The notes beneath the pieces are model-generated. The model did no database searches, was not told the DNA's origin, and saw only the letters and a list, made by a program, of their open reading frames with translations. 64,000 nt of DNA from an uncultured Gammaproteobacteria bacterium (GTDB lineage Bacteria; Patescibacteriota; Patescibacteriia; 2-12-FULL-60-25), in contig CAZIVC010000004.1 of assembly GCA_964542945.1 (NCBI GenBank), forward strand, positions 8,062 to 72,061. Direction: 5' to 3'. Each line of letters starts with the position of its first letter. Within the stretch, counting starts at the first letter, position 1. The position numbers and the translations under genes were made by a program. Shown here piece after piece: positions 24,491-34,438 of this stretch.

Positions 24491-26077
24491 ATGATGTTAC
24501 GGCTCGTGCGTTTAAAGGAGTGGTGTTTTGAAGAATCGGGAAGCGTCGGGCGAGCCGCGGCGCTCTTGGCGATTGCTTCGATCCTGTCTCGTTTGCTTGG
24601 GGTGTTGCGTGATCGTTTGCTCGCAACGACGTTTGGGGCGGGCATGCAACTTGATGCGTACTATGCAGCCTTTCGTTTACCGGATACGTTATACAACCTC
24701 ATTATTCTGGGCGCGTTAAGTGCGGGGTTTCTCCCCGTTTTTGCGGAGCTAAAAGAAAAGAAGGGACGAGAAGAGGCGTTCGCTTTTGCGTCACAGGTGT
24801 TTGGGTGGTTTGCGTGCGCGCTCATCGTGCTGGCGGTCGTTGGCATCGTGTTTGCGGAAACGCTCGTCCCGCTCATAATGCATGGCTTTGGCGGTGAACG
24901 ATTAGATCTCACGGTTAAGCTTACACGTATCTTGTTTTTGTCGCCCGTGTTGCTGGGTGTCTCAGCGGTGTTTGGAGGCGTCCTTCAATCAATGCGAAAA
25001 ACACTGGTGTTTGCCTTCGCGCCTGTTTGGTATAACGTGGGCATTTTGCTGGGTATTATTCTTCTGACCCCTTGGCTTGGGGTTATGGGTGTTGCGATAG
25101 GTGTCTTGGTGGGCGCATTTTTTCATGTAATGACACAGGGGATTGGGGCACAGCGATTGGGTTTAGCATGGCCAACGCAGCTTCGTTTTACGCCCGAGCT
25201 AAAACGTTTATTGGTGCTCACGGGCCCGCGCCTCGCGGCACTTGGCGCGTCACAAGTGAGTCTTGTGGTGATGCTGTCATTTGCCTCAACGTTGCAAACG
25301 GGTTCTGTGGCCGTGTTCCAGTTGGGGAATAACTTGCAGAGTTTTCCGTTGGGGGTTGTTGGAATTTCATTCGCGGTGGCGGCGTTTCCGCTTCTTTCTG
25401 AAGCAGCCGGAAAAGGAGCGTTTGACGTCTATCACGACACTCTCGGAAAAACGGGCCGTCGTATTTTGTTTTTTCTCTTGCCACTATCGCTTTTGTTCAT
25501 TCTCTTACGAGCGCAATTGGTGCGTTTGATTTTGGGTGATGGGCAATTTGACTGGACGGCAACCATCGCTACGGCAGAGGTTGTAGGATGGCTATCGGTT
25601 TCATTGGTGGCGCAGGCATTGATTCCGCTTCTCGCGCGAGCGTTTTATGCGCTTCAGTCTACCTGGACGCCGTTTCTCGTAACCATGATTGGAGAATCGT
25701 TCACGATTGGTTTAGCATGGCAATTAAAAGGTGTATACGGAGTACGTGGGCTTGCGATCGCGTTTTCGGCGGCTTCAGCCATTCAACTTATGTGTCTTTG
25801 GATGGCGCTTCGTCGTCGTGTTGGGGCTCGTTTTCAGGCGATGTTTATCGCTATGAGTGTGCGCTCGTTTGCAGCTTGCGTCCCGGCGCTTGCCGTGGCG
25901 TGGGCAGTTCGGCAAACAATTGGCACCGTGTTTCCATTGCGAACGTTTTGGCAGGTGGCCTTGCAGTTCAGTGTAGCCATGGCGAGTGCTGGGGTCGTTT
26001 ATCTCGTGATGATGCATCTCATGAAAACAGAGGAAAGTCGCGAGCTTGTGGATCGAGTGAAGCGCCTGGTATCCTGA
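24491..26077 (+). CDS. murJ: lipid II flippase MurJ
   Basis: Polytopic protein. N-terminal SILSRLLGVLRDRLLATTFGAG and overall MviN/MurJ layout. ATG-ATG at 24491 is chosen over 24422. Confidence 0.85.
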   Translation: MMLRLVRLKEWCFEESGSVGRAAALLAIASILSRLLGVLRDRLLATTFGAGMQLDAYYAAFRLPDTLYNLIILGALSAGFLPVFAELKEKKGREEAFAFASQVFGWFACALIVLAVVGIVFAETLVPLIMHGFGGERLDLTVKLTRILFLSPVLLGVSAVFGGVLQSMRKTLVFAFAPVWYNVGILLGIILLTPWLGVMGVAIGVLVGAFFHVMTQGIGAQRLGLAWPTQLRFTPELKRLLVLTGPRLAALGASQVSLVVMLSFASTLQTGSVAVFQLGNNLQSFPLGVVGISFAVAAFPLLSEAAGKGAFDVYHDTLGKTGRRILFFLLPLSLLFILLRAQLVRLILGDGQFDWTATIATAEVVGWLSVSLVAQALIPLLARAFYALQSTWTPFLVTMIGESFTIGLAWQLKGVYGVRGLAIAFSAASAIQLMCLWMALRRRVGARFQAMFIAMSVRSFAACVPALAVAWAVRQTIGTVFPLRTFWQVALQFSVAMASAGVVYLVMMHLMKTEESRELVDRVKRLVS

Positions 26078-26084
26078 GAAGGAT

Positions 26085-26675
26085 ATGATTTCGCTCTTGT
26101 ACGTTGCTTTGGGCATTGTGCTCGTGTTCGTGCTTTTTGGTTGTCTGGATGTACTTGCCACGCGACGTAGTCGGGTGTTTGCTGGGCGTCACAACCTGCA
26201 TTCAACGCGAGGATCGATTGACCGTGCGGCGCCGCTTGCTGGCACCATTGCTGGAGCGTCGGTGCAGATAGAGCCTGAGCGTCGGATGGTACCTCGTGGC
26301 GGGAATAGTATTCGGATGGCATTTCTGGTTGAAACAAATACGCGAGAGATCGCGATACTGAAGCGCTACCGTGGTCGTTTTGTTGAGATGTCTCAAGCGA
26401 GTGCTCCATCTGGTATGAAGCGCGGTGAACTTCCGGCATCGCTCGTGAATGAGTTCGAATTATGGATTCCGACGGGATCAAGAGCAAAGGGGTTGAAGGT
26501 TCTTGAACAAGAGGCGATTGCTTCTCTGCTGTGTGGATTTTGGGCATTGCACGAAGTTCAGTGGCTTGGTGGACAGTTGGTTGTTCGGGTAAACGGCGAT
26601 ACGTCCAACACGGAGGCCGCTGAGCGCGCGTGGTCGCTTACGGAGCGTCTCTTGAAACGTGAACACACGAAATAG
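26085..26675 (+). CDS. hypothetical membrane-anchored protein (196 aa)
   Basis: N-terminal TM helix MISLLYVALGIVLVFVLFGCL. No recognisable domain. Confidence 0.6.
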   Translation: MISLLYVALGIVLVFVLFGCLDVLATRRSRVFAGRHNLHSTRGSIDRAAPLAGTIAGASVQIEPERRMVPRGGNSIRMAFLVETNTREIAILKRYRGRFVEMSQASAPSGMKRGELPASLVNEFELWIPTGSRAKGLKVLEQEAIASLLCGFWALHEVQWLGGQLVVRVNGDTSNTEAAERAWSLTERLLKREHTK

Positions 26676-26676
26676 C

Positions 26677-27705
26677 ATGCCAGGATTCTCCGAACGCGGT
26701 CCATCTGAAATGGACAAAGTCATCGAGAAGCCATTGCGGGAATACGCGCAAGAACGGTTTATAGATGAATTGAACGATGAACTAGGGTTGAATTTGCTCC
26801 TCCCGTATTTTGAGGATGGGTGCAATGTAGAGGATGTAAATACGTTACTCACGTCACTTCCTGAGTTTGGAGCAAAACGTGAACGCGAAGACGTGCATAC
26901 CCGTGGCGAACTTGTCATGCACACGCTTGGCAGATTTGTCGCGTACTATGCAAAAACGGAGACGATGTTTTTACCACTCGCCCCCATTCCGCTAGACGAG
27001 GAGGAGGTGACGCGACAAGCTGATATCCAGGAACGGTTCATTCAAAATCGATCTGTTCGATCGGATCTGAACGAGGTATTCGCGGGCTATCTTGCACAGC
27101 GCGTGAAGACGGAAGAGGATATCGAGCCGTGCATCGATCTCTTGGGTGATCGAAACTTCCAGTATCACTTTGCACGCTATCTTACGGCGCTCACTCGTCC
27201 GGATTTGCTTCAACGCGACCGGCCGGGCGAGCGGCCGTTAGAAAATAATGAGTATTTGCAAGAGTACCGCATCTACCAGAGCGGCGTTCCACTGCCATCA
27301 TTGAGTGAGCTCGAGCGAGCGTTCTCAGGAGAAAGGTCCGTTTCCAGCGGCTTTGATGGTCGGCCTTGGGAGCGGCATCCTGCGTGCAAAGCGGTAGCAA
27401 GCGTGCCAGGGGAGTGTATTATAGCGGTAAGAGACTTCGATCGAGTGCTTAAGACGAGCGAGGCGATTGACGAGGTGGAAGAAGCATATCGTCCGGCAAT
27501 AGAAACAGAAGTGTATGATGCGTCCATCATGTATCCGCGCCTACAAAGACGGAGCTGGTTGGTGGCGTGCGGTTCGTTCGTCACCCGTGACGGTGTCCAA
27601 CGTGTCGCAGTACTCGGGGGCGGCTTAGATGAGCGCAGCCTTCTCGATAGCTGGTCGGGTGGTGCGTGGGGTAGTCGCTTCCTGTTTTTATTTGTTCGTA
27701 AATAG
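26677..27705 (+). CDS. hypothetical protein (about 342 aa)
   Basis: ATG 26677 lies 1 nt after the stop of the previous gene. The track start 26659 is GTG. Acidic protein with no recognisable domain. Confidence 0.6.
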   Translation: MPGFSERGPSEMDKVIEKPLREYAQERFIDELNDELGLNLLLPYFEDGCNVEDVNTLLTSLPEFGAKREREDVHTRGELVMHTLGRFVAYYAKTETMFLPLAPIPLDEEEVTRQADIQERFIQNRSVRSDLNEVFAGYLAQRVKTEEDIEPCIDLLGDRNFQYHFARYLTALTRPDLLQRDRPGERPLENNEYLQEYRIYQSGVPLPSLSELERAFSGERSVSSGFDGRPWERHPACKAVASVPGECIIAVRDFDRVLKTSEAIDEVEEAYRPAIETEVYDASIMYPRLQRRSWLVACGSFVTRDGVQRVAVLGGGLDERSLLDSWSGGAWGSRFLFLFVRK

Positions 27706-27792
27706 CGTTTACGCCCATGCTTTCTTGGTCTCGCCAAAGTGTCTTTGGCTTGGCTTGCTTTTTTCGCTTATTTCCGGCACGATTCCCGCCAT

Positions 27793-29598
27793 ATGGACCA
27801 GCGCCGCATCCGAAATTTCTGCATTATCGCCCACATTGACCACGGAAAGTCGACGCTTTCTGATCGTTTGCTTGAGGTGACGGCGACGGTTGAGAAGCGC
27901 AAAATGAAAGACCAGCTCCTCGATACGATGGAGCTTGAACGCGAGCGCGGCATCACGATTAAGCTTCAGCCGGCACGGATGTCGTATACGGCAAAGGATG
28001 GCGAAACGTACGAGCTTAACCTCATCGATACGCCTGGGCACGTGGACTTCACTTACGAAGTATCGCGATCGCTTGCGGCGGTTGAAGGCGCGGTATTACT
28101 CGTTGATGCAACGCAAGGTGTACAGGCACAAACCATCGCCAACCTGTATTTAGCGATCGAGCAAAATCTCACCATCATTCCGATTTTGAACAAGATCGAC
28201 CTGCCGAACGCAGATGTCGAGCGTCGTGCGGCCGAAATCATGCAGCTTATCGGCTGTAAGCGAGAAGAAATTGGCACCGCCTCTGGGAAAACGGGAGAGG
28301 GTGTTCCAGCCATCTTGGAGCGTATTGTAAAAGAAGTTCCGCCGCCATCCGGAAACGAGACTGCTCCGTTGCGTGCCGTGATTTTTGATTCGAAATACGA
28401 TGATTATCAGGGCGTGGTTGCTTATATTCGTTGCGTCGATGGTCGTTTACCGAAGAATGCGAATATTCGCTTTTTAGCGACCGCGGCAGATGGCCAAGCG
28501 CTCGATGTTGGTGCGCTCAAGCCGGACTACGTATCGGCGATGGCTCTCGAAACAGGAGAAATTGGGTATGTTGTAAGTGGATTGAAAGACATTTCGTCGG
28601 TACGCGTTGGTGACACGATCACACTCAAAGAATCGGCGGACCAGGTCTCAATGTTGCCAGGCTATAAAGAGGTGCGTCCGATGGTCTACGCAGGTATTTT
28701 TCCATCTGAAGGGAACGAATACGAACGCCTTCGTGACGCTATTTTGAAGTTGAAGCTGAGTGACGCGGCGCTCGCGTTTGAACCGGAACACTCGGCTGCT
28801 TTAGGCTTTGGGTTTCGTTGCGGATTGCTTGGTATGTTGCACTTGGAAATTGTGCAAGAACGCTTGTTTCGTGAATTCAACATGGAAGTGGTGGTCACAA
28901 CGCCGTCGGTGGGATACGAAGTAGATTATACGAATGGCGATTTCAAAATGATTAAATCGCCGGCCGAGTTTCCAGATGCGTCTCTCATTAAAGAAACGCG
29001 CGAGCCGTGGGTGCGGGTAGACATCGTTTCTCCCAAAGAATACTTGGGAAATGTGATGCAGCTCGTTCAGGATCGTCGTGGTGTTTACAAAACAACCGAG
29101 TATCTCGACATGCAGCGCGCGATTTTGCACTACGACATGCCGCTCGCATCGGTGATCGTTGACTTCTACGACAAGCTCAAAGGCGTGACGGCGGGGTATG
29201 CGTCGCTCAACTACGAATTTTCTGATTATCGCGCGTCCGACATCGTACGTCTCACGATTTTAGTCGCCGAAGAGCCGGTTGAAGCGCTCGCGACCCTCTT
29301 ACACGAATCGGAGGCCTATCGTCGTGGCAAAGAAATTGTGGAAACGCTAAAAGAAGAGCTTCCACGCCAACAGTTCGTGGTAAAATTGCAAGCGTCCGTT
29401 GGAGCAAAGGTGATTGCGAGCGAACGGTTGAGCGCTTATCGCAAAGACGTTCTCGCCAAAATGTCAGGAGGAGACTATAGTCGTAAATCTAAGCTCTTGC
29501 AGAAGCAGAAAAAAGGAAAAGCCCGCATGCTCGAGCATGGGAAGGGCGGTGTCGAAATCCCCCCAGATACCTTTATTAAAGTGTTACGCCGTGGATAA
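27793..29598 (+). CDS. lepA: elongation factor 4 (LepA)
   Basis: IRNFCIIAHIDHGKSTLSDRLL, DTPGHVDF, NKIDL and the characteristic LepA C-terminal domain. ATG 27793 fits homolog N-termini. Confidence 0.95.
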   Translation: MDQRRIRNFCIIAHIDHGKSTLSDRLLEVTATVEKRKMKDQLLDTMELERERGITIKLQPARMSYTAKDGETYELNLIDTPGHVDFTYEVSRSLAAVEGAVLLVDATQGVQAQTIANLYLAIEQNLTIIPILNKIDLPNADVERRAAEIMQLIGCKREEIGTASGKTGEGVPAILERIVKEVPPPSGNETAPLRAVIFDSKYDDYQGVVAYIRCVDGRLPKNANIRFLATAADGQALDVGALKPDYVSAMALETGEIGYVVSGLKDISSVRVGDTITLKESADQVSMLPGYKEVRPMVYAGIFPSEGNEYERLRDAILKLKLSDAALAFEPEHSAALGFGFRCGLLGMLHLEIVQERLFREFNMEVVVTTPSVGYEVDYTNGDFKMIKSPAEFPDASLIKETREPWVRVDIVSPKEYLGNVMQLVQDRRGVYKTTEYLDMQRAILHYDMPLASVIVDFYDKLKGVTAGYASLNYEFSDYRASDIVRLTILVAEEPVEALATLLHESEAYRRGKEIVETLKEELPRQQFVVKLQASVGAKVIASERLSAYRKDVLAKMSGGDYSRKSKLLQKQKKGKARMLEHGKGGVEIPPDTFIKVLRRG

Positions 29599-29611
29599 TC
29601 AGTTAGCTCGT

Positions 29612-29707
29612 ATGAAAGCCCATCATCGTTCTATTGCCCTTCGCATTTTGGCGATCTTCATGATTTTATCGACGATTCTCTTTTTGGTTGCTCCCTTGAT
29701 TGGCTAA
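29612..29707 (+). CDS. possible 31-aa membrane peptide
   Basis: MKAHHRSIALRILAIFMILSTILFLVAPLIG. Below the ORF-track cutoff and no SD. Its 3' end overlaps the gatC -35 box. Confidence 0.2.
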   Translation: MKAHHRSIALRILAIFMILSTILFLVAPLIG

Positions 29708-29728
29708 ATAGGGGAAATCGGTTAGGAT
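29700..29728 (+). promoter_or_regulatory. sigma70-like promoter of gatC (TTGGCT-N17-TAGGAT)
   Basis: TTGGCT 29700-29705, 17-nt spacer, TAGGAT 29723-29728. ATG 29735 is 6 nt downstream. Confidence 0.4.
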
Positions 29729-29734
29729 GACGAC

Positions 29735-30034
29735 ATGCAGCTTTCGTCATCTGATATTGCCGCGCTTGCGGATTTAGCCCGAATTTCGCTTACCGAAGAA
29801 GAGCTTTCTCGGTTTAGCGATCAAATGGGTCGCATCTTGACCTACGTTCAGCGATTGCAAGAAGTTCCTCACGAACAAGAGGAAGATTCTTTGCGTGCAC
29901 ACGGTGTTCAGGTGCCGTTGCCTGATGTTTTGCAAGACGCAGGAGATGTGCGTGAAGCGATTATTCAGAATTTTCCGGAACGATTTCGCGACGCGCTTAA
30001 AGTTCCTGCTATTTTTTCCCAGCCAAAAGGCTAG
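29735..30034 (+). CDS. gatC: Asp/Glu-tRNA amidotransferase subunit C
   Basis: 99 aa. IAALADLARISLTEEELSRFSDQMGRILTYVQRLQEV is typical GatC. It lies directly upstream of gatA. Confidence 0.85.
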   Translation: MQLSSSDIAALADLARISLTEEELSRFSDQMGRILTYVQRLQEVPHEQEEDSLRAHGVQVPLPDVLQDAGDVREAIIQNFPERFRDALKVPAIFSQPKG

Positions 30035-30043
30035 TTTACTCGT

Positions 30044-31468
30044 ATGTTTTTTTCTGGATGGACGGTAAAAACGCTGAGCGAGGCGCTTGCTCGCGGAGAA
30101 CGAACGTCGTATGACGTCACAAAAGAATATCTTCAGCTTATCAAGGGTCGGCCGCAACTGAATGCGTACCTCTCTTTTGACGAAGACGCGGCATTGGCGC
30201 AGGCAGATGCGTCCGACGAACGACGCCAAGAAGGGGCGGCACTCGGTATTCTTGATGGAATTCCGCTTGCGATCAAAGATAATATTTGTATAAAAGACGG
30301 CGTGACAACGGCGGGTTCGCGTATTTTAGAGGGCTGGAAAGCGCCCTACGATGCGACAGTGATTGCAAAACTAAAAGCGCAAGGTGCCGTCATGCTTGGA
30401 AAAACCAACCTCGATGAGTTTGCTATGGGGTCTTCGACCGAGTTTTCTGCGTATGGACCAACGCAGCATCCTCGCGATCCACGTCGTGTACCGGGTGGTT
30501 CATCTGGCGGGAGCGCCGCCGCGGTCGCGGCAGATTTATGTGTTGGCGCGCTCGGCTCTGATACGGGTGGGTCGATTCGCCAGCCGGCAGCTTTCTGTGG
30601 GCTCGTAGGGCTCAAACCAACGTATGGTCGCGTTTCTCGTTATGGATTGATTGCGATGGCGTCTTCGCTTGATCAGATCGGTCCCATGACAAAAACGTCA
30701 GAAGACGCATCCATCTTATTACGCGCGACGGAAGGTGTTGATCCGCATGACCAAACAACGGTGGCCTTTACCGATGAGCACGTCTTTCAGAAGAAAACAG
30801 ATTTGCGAGATATTGTTTTCGGGGTTCCGCGCCAAATCTGGGGAAGCGCATTGTCAGATGGGGTGAAACAGGCGCTTGAATTCACAATTTCTGTCGCAAA
30901 AGGCTTGGGAGCGGAGATAAAGGAGGTGGATTTGCCCTACATCGACGAAGCGTTAGCCGTGTATTACGTGCTTGTCCCGTGTGAAGTTTCTTCAAATCTA
31001 GCTCGTTTTGACGGAATTCGGTATGGCACACGTCGCTCGCCAGAGGATTTGCTTTCTGTGTACCGCGATACACGTGCGGATGGCTTTGGGGACGAGGTCA
31101 AGCGACGTATTCTCATGGGGACGTTTGCACTGTCGAAGGGTTCGTACGATGCCTATTACGCGCAAGCCAATCGTGTTCGAGGGCTAATTATGCGCGCATA
31201 CGATGATGTGCTCAAAACGGTTGACGCGCTGCTTTTGCCAACGACGCCAGATATTGCTTTCTTGCGAGGAGAAAAAGTCGACGATCCGCTCTCCCTCTAT
31301 CTTGAAGATGTCTACACAGTGGGGGTAAACGTGGCAGGTGTCCCCGCCGTTTCGTTTCCCTGCGAAACGCATGATGGGATGCCGGTAGGAGCGCAGCTGA
31401 TCGGTCGTCGCTTTGAAGACCAGAGGCTTCTCTCATTTGTTCACGCGTTTGAGACGGTGCTTAATTAG
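30044..31468 (+). CDS. gatA: Asp/Glu-tRNA amidotransferase subunit A
   Basis: Amidase signature GGSSGGSAAAVAA and GSDTGGSIRQPAAFCG. 474 aa. Confidence 0.95.
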   Translation: MFFSGWTVKTLSEALARGERTSYDVTKEYLQLIKGRPQLNAYLSFDEDAALAQADASDERRQEGAALGILDGIPLAIKDNICIKDGVTTAGSRILEGWKAPYDATVIAKLKAQGAVMLGKTNLDEFAMGSSTEFSAYGPTQHPRDPRRVPGGSSGGSAAAVAADLCVGALGSDTGGSIRQPAAFCGLVGLKPTYGRVSRYGLIAMASSLDQIGPMTKTSEDASILLRATEGVDPHDQTTVAFTDEHVFQKKTDLRDIVFGVPRQIWGSALSDGVKQALEFTISVAKGLGAEIKEVDLPYIDEALAVYYVLVPCEVSSNLARFDGIRYGTRRSPEDLLSVYRDTRADGFGDEVKRRILMGTFALSKGSYDAYYAQANRVRGLIMRAYDDVLKTVDALLLPTTPDIAFLRGEKVDDPLSLYLEDVYTVGVNVAGVPAVSFPCETHDGMPVGAQLIGRRFEDQRLLSFVHAFETVLN

Positions 31469-31471
31469 CCT

Positions 31472-31951
31472 ATGCTTCTCTTTCAGCTCCTTTTAGATAC
31501 GAATAACGGTGCCATCACCTCAACAAATGGAAGTTCTTTTCCTTGGGTCTTGATCATCGTATTAGTCTTTGCGTTGCTGGGTCTTCTTGGGCTGATCGTG
31601 TGGCGAGAACGACAAGAGGTGGAGCTTTACGGCATGAGTAAGGAAAAAGTGGCGAAGTCGTGGCGCGAGATCGTGACAACGGTAGAACAGGGAAATATGG
31701 GAGCTAAGCTCGCCGTGATCGAAGCGGATAAGCTTTTGGACCAGGTGTTGCGCGCGCGACTTTTTCCTGGAGAGACAATGGTCGAACGCATGAAGGTTGC
31801 CGAATATAAATATCCTGTGATTAACGAGGTTTGGTGGGCACATAAGCTGCGAAATCAGCTCGTGCACGGAGACGTTACTCTTTCTCCAAGGGAGGCGAAG
31901 CGAGCGATTGCGACCTATGAGCGCGTGCTCAAGGGGTTGCACGTGCTATGA
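31472..31951 (+). CDS. membrane-anchored hypothetical protein with R-x4-H (HEPN-like) motif
   Basis: One TM helix (FPWVLIIVLVFALLGLLGLIVW) and a C-terminal helical domain containing WWAHKLRNQLVHG. Confidence 0.6.
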   Translation: MLLFQLLLDTNNGAITSTNGSSFPWVLIIVLVFALLGLLGLIVWRERQEVELYGMSKEKVAKSWREIVTTVEQGNMGAKLAVIEADKLLDQVLRARLFPGETMVERMKVAEYKYPVINEVWWAHKLRNQLVHGDVTLSPREAKRAIATYERVLKGLHVL

Positions 31952-32715
31952 TCCCATATTTCGGCTGGACAACGATCCCGTTGTTTGGTTTTTCGCTTCA
32001 AGTCTGGGGGGCGTTGGTGGCTGCGGGGTACGCGCTTGCCACGTATCTCGCATGGAAGCGGGCAAAGCGATGTAGTCTCGATGCGGAGCGTGTTTTGGAC
32101 TTGCTTGTCTGGATGTTACCGGCGGTTTTTGTGATGGCGCGTGTATTTCATGTGGCGGTTTACGAACCCGCATACTACCTTGAGCATCCGTTAGAAGCGA
32201 TCGATCCGCGTTTGCCGGGATATTCTTTTTTAGGTGGAATTGTTGGGGCGCTCGGGATGTTTTTTTGGTTATTCCGACACGCCTTTTATCAATGGAAGCA
32301 GTACGCAGACGCTATTGCATGGGGAGTTCCGTGGGGGTGTGGCGTCGGACGGATCGGTTGTTTTTTGATCCATGATCATCCGGGCACGCTAACGCATTTT
32401 TTCTTGGGGGTTCGTTACCCAGACGGATCGGTTCGTCACGATTTAGGTCTCTACCTTTCGCTCGCCGGCTTTCTCATGGGGGTATTATTTCTCCTCCTTA
32501 ACCACAAGCCGCGTGGGCCGGGGTTTTGGCTCGGAAGTTACCTCCTTGCCGAAGGGGTGATTCGTCTACTCTTGGACGGTCTTCGATTGAACGACGTGCG
32601 CTACTGGCTATTCACACCGGCACAGTGGGCCGGATTTCTGCTCATTGGATTTGGCGGATACTTACTCCATTCGTCATTTGCGGCCGAACGCGCTAGGCTA
32701 AAAACAAATTCTTAA
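31948..32715 (+). CDS. lgt: prolipoprotein diacylglyceryl transferase
   Basis: Polytopic 255 aa. The G(R)IGCF...HPG region (GVGRIGCFLIHDHPG) and overall Lgt topology. ATGA overlap with the previous gene. Confidence 0.8.
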   Translation: MIPYFGWTTIPLFGFSLQVWGALVAAGYALATYLAWKRAKRCSLDAERVLDLLVWMLPAVFVMARVFHVAVYEPAYYLEHPLEAIDPRLPGYSFLGGIVGALGMFFWLFRHAFYQWKQYADAIAWGVPWGCGVGRIGCFLIHDHPGTLTHFFLGVRYPDGSVRHDLGLYLSLAGFLMGVLFLLLNHKPRGPGFWLGSYLLAEGVIRLLLDGLRLNDVRYWLFTPAQWAGFLLIGFGGYLLHSSFAAERARLKTNS

Positions 32716-32718
32716 TCT

Positions 32719-33612
32719 ATGTTTGAAGCCGTTATTATTGGTGGTGGGCCTGCCGCGCTTGGAGCGGCGGAAACGCTTTTAAAACAAGCGATTCCCTTTG
32801 CGTGGATGACAGGTACTCGGCGTTCGGTTTTTTTGGAAGAACAAGCATCTGTCGACATTTTTCCTTCGTGGGAGGACCTAATGAACCGTGCGGAAAAGCT
32901 GTTGCGCAAGAGCAAAGCCCAGTTTTTGTTGAAAGAAGGAGGGCGCGTCACGGATATTCAGCGTTCTGGGGGTGTTTTTCGACTTCGTTTAGAGAGCGGC
33001 GAACTGATTGATGCTCAAACCGTGGTACTCGCATCTGGCGTGAAGGCGCGACGGCTATCTGTTGAAGGAGAAGAGATGTTTTTAGGGAAGGGGATTCGCT
33101 ACGGAATTCCTCTTGAGCGACTTTCGTTTCAAGATAAGCAAGTAGCTGTAGTGGGGGGAGGGATGATGGCAATTGAGTCCGCGTTTACGATTGCGCCTTT
33201 AGCGGCATCCCTAAATCTACTCGTGGCACAACCGCGTTTATCAGGCAATGCGTTGCAAAAACGACGACTACTTGAAACGCCTCGTTTAACTCTCACGACC
33301 GGAGTCTCGATTATTGCCTTTGAAGGGAAAAAGCATCTCTCGACAGTGCGCTTTGTGGGACCGGATCAACGCGAACGTACGCTTAAAGTGGATGAGGTTG
33401 TCTTGGCAACTGGGACAGAGCCGGGTGCAGAATATGTTTCCTTTCTTGCGAAGGATCGTTTCGGTCGTGTGATTGTTGACAAGTATCAAAGTACGAATGT
33501 TGAGGGGATATGGGCTGCGGGCATGGTAACGGACCGAGGGATTAACGATCCGCACTGTGCCTTCGGAGAGGGTGTTCGGGCGGCGCTGGAAGTCACTCGG
33601 TATTTACGTTAA
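32719..33612 (+). CDS. thioredoxin-reductase-like flavoprotein lacking the redox-active CxxC
   Basis: IIGGGPAALGAA FAD motif, second Rossmann motif VVGGGMMAIE and C-terminal AAGMVTD. Where trxB has GVSACATCDG, this protein reads GKGIRYGIPLE. Confidence 0.75.
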   Translation: MFEAVIIGGGPAALGAAETLLKQAIPFAWMTGTRRSVFLEEQASVDIFPSWEDLMNRAEKLLRKSKAQFLLKEGGRVTDIQRSGGVFRLRLESGELIDAQTVVLASGVKARRLSVEGEEMFLGKGIRYGIPLERLSFQDKQVAVVGGGMMAIESAFTIAPLAASLNLLVAQPRLSGNALQKRRLLETPRLTLTTGVSIIAFEGKKHLSTVRFVGPDQRERTLKVDEVVLATGTEPGAEYVSFLAKDRFGRVIVDKYQSTNVEGIWAAGMVTDRGINDPHCAFGEGVRAALEVTRYLR

Positions 33613-33616
33613 AGTC

Positions 33617-34303
33617 ATGGCATTGATTATGAATGAACAGAAAAAACTGGGCACAGCCCTTGCTTTGGGGGTGATTATTATCTTGGGGGGGCTTGTTTGG
33701 GCGTTGATGCGCACTCCATCTAATCGTCCCGACCCGGCCGGAAAAATCACTTTTGACAGCGCGCTCGAAACGCCCTCTCAGGGAAAGCAAGATGCGGCGG
33801 TCATTGTTCACTTGTATAGCGACTTTCAATGTCCCGCCTGTCGTATTGCAGAAGAGCCGCTCGCAAAAACGATTGAGGTGTATAAAGACCGTGTGAAGTT
33901 TGTGTGGCGCGATTTTCCGCTCATGAGCATTCATCCGAACGCTCGCAATGCGGCGAACGCGGCGTGGTGCGCAAACGAACAAGGAAAATTTTGGCCGTTC
34001 CATGACCTCTTATTCATGGAACAAGATCGCTGGGCGGGCGAGTCTAATCCGCGCGACCGTTTTATCGATATGGCGCGTCGGTTTGATCTCAATGTCGACC
34101 AATTTACGGGCTGTTACAACGATCGTAAGTACGACAATAAAGTAATGGCAGGTGTCGACGAAGGAAATCGTAATGCTGTTGATCGTACCCCGACGGTATT
34201 CATAAATAAAAAGCGCGCATTTGGGATGTCAGAATCGGAGTGGAGCCAGGCTTTAGAAAAGGCGTTGGCTGATGCAGCGGCTGTTTCCTCAACGACTCCT
34301 TGA
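33617..34303 (+). CDS. membrane-anchored DsbA/BdbD-like thiol-disulfide oxidoreductase
   Basis: TM helix LGTALALGVIIILGGLVWAL and a thioredoxin fold with the CPAC active site (YSDFQCPACR). Confidence 0.8.
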   Translation: MALIMNEQKKLGTALALGVIIILGGLVWALMRTPSNRPDPAGKITFDSALETPSQGKQDAAVIVHLYSDFQCPACRIAEEPLAKTIEVYKDRVKFVWRDFPLMSIHPNARNAANAAWCANEQGKFWPFHDLLFMEQDRWAGESNPRDRFIDMARRFDLNVDQFTGCYNDRKYDNKVMAGVDEGNRNAVDRTPTVFINKKRAFGMSESEWSQALEKALADAAAVSSTTP

Positions 34304-34438
34304 CACAGGGGCTTGCTCGACGGGCGGTGGACACGTATTCTATAATAGACGATCTTTGATCGCTCGCTTATTTGACCGCACTCGTTCTTCTCTTGTGAGT
34401 TGAGTGAGTGCTCGTAACTTTGCTCTCTTCTCCACACT

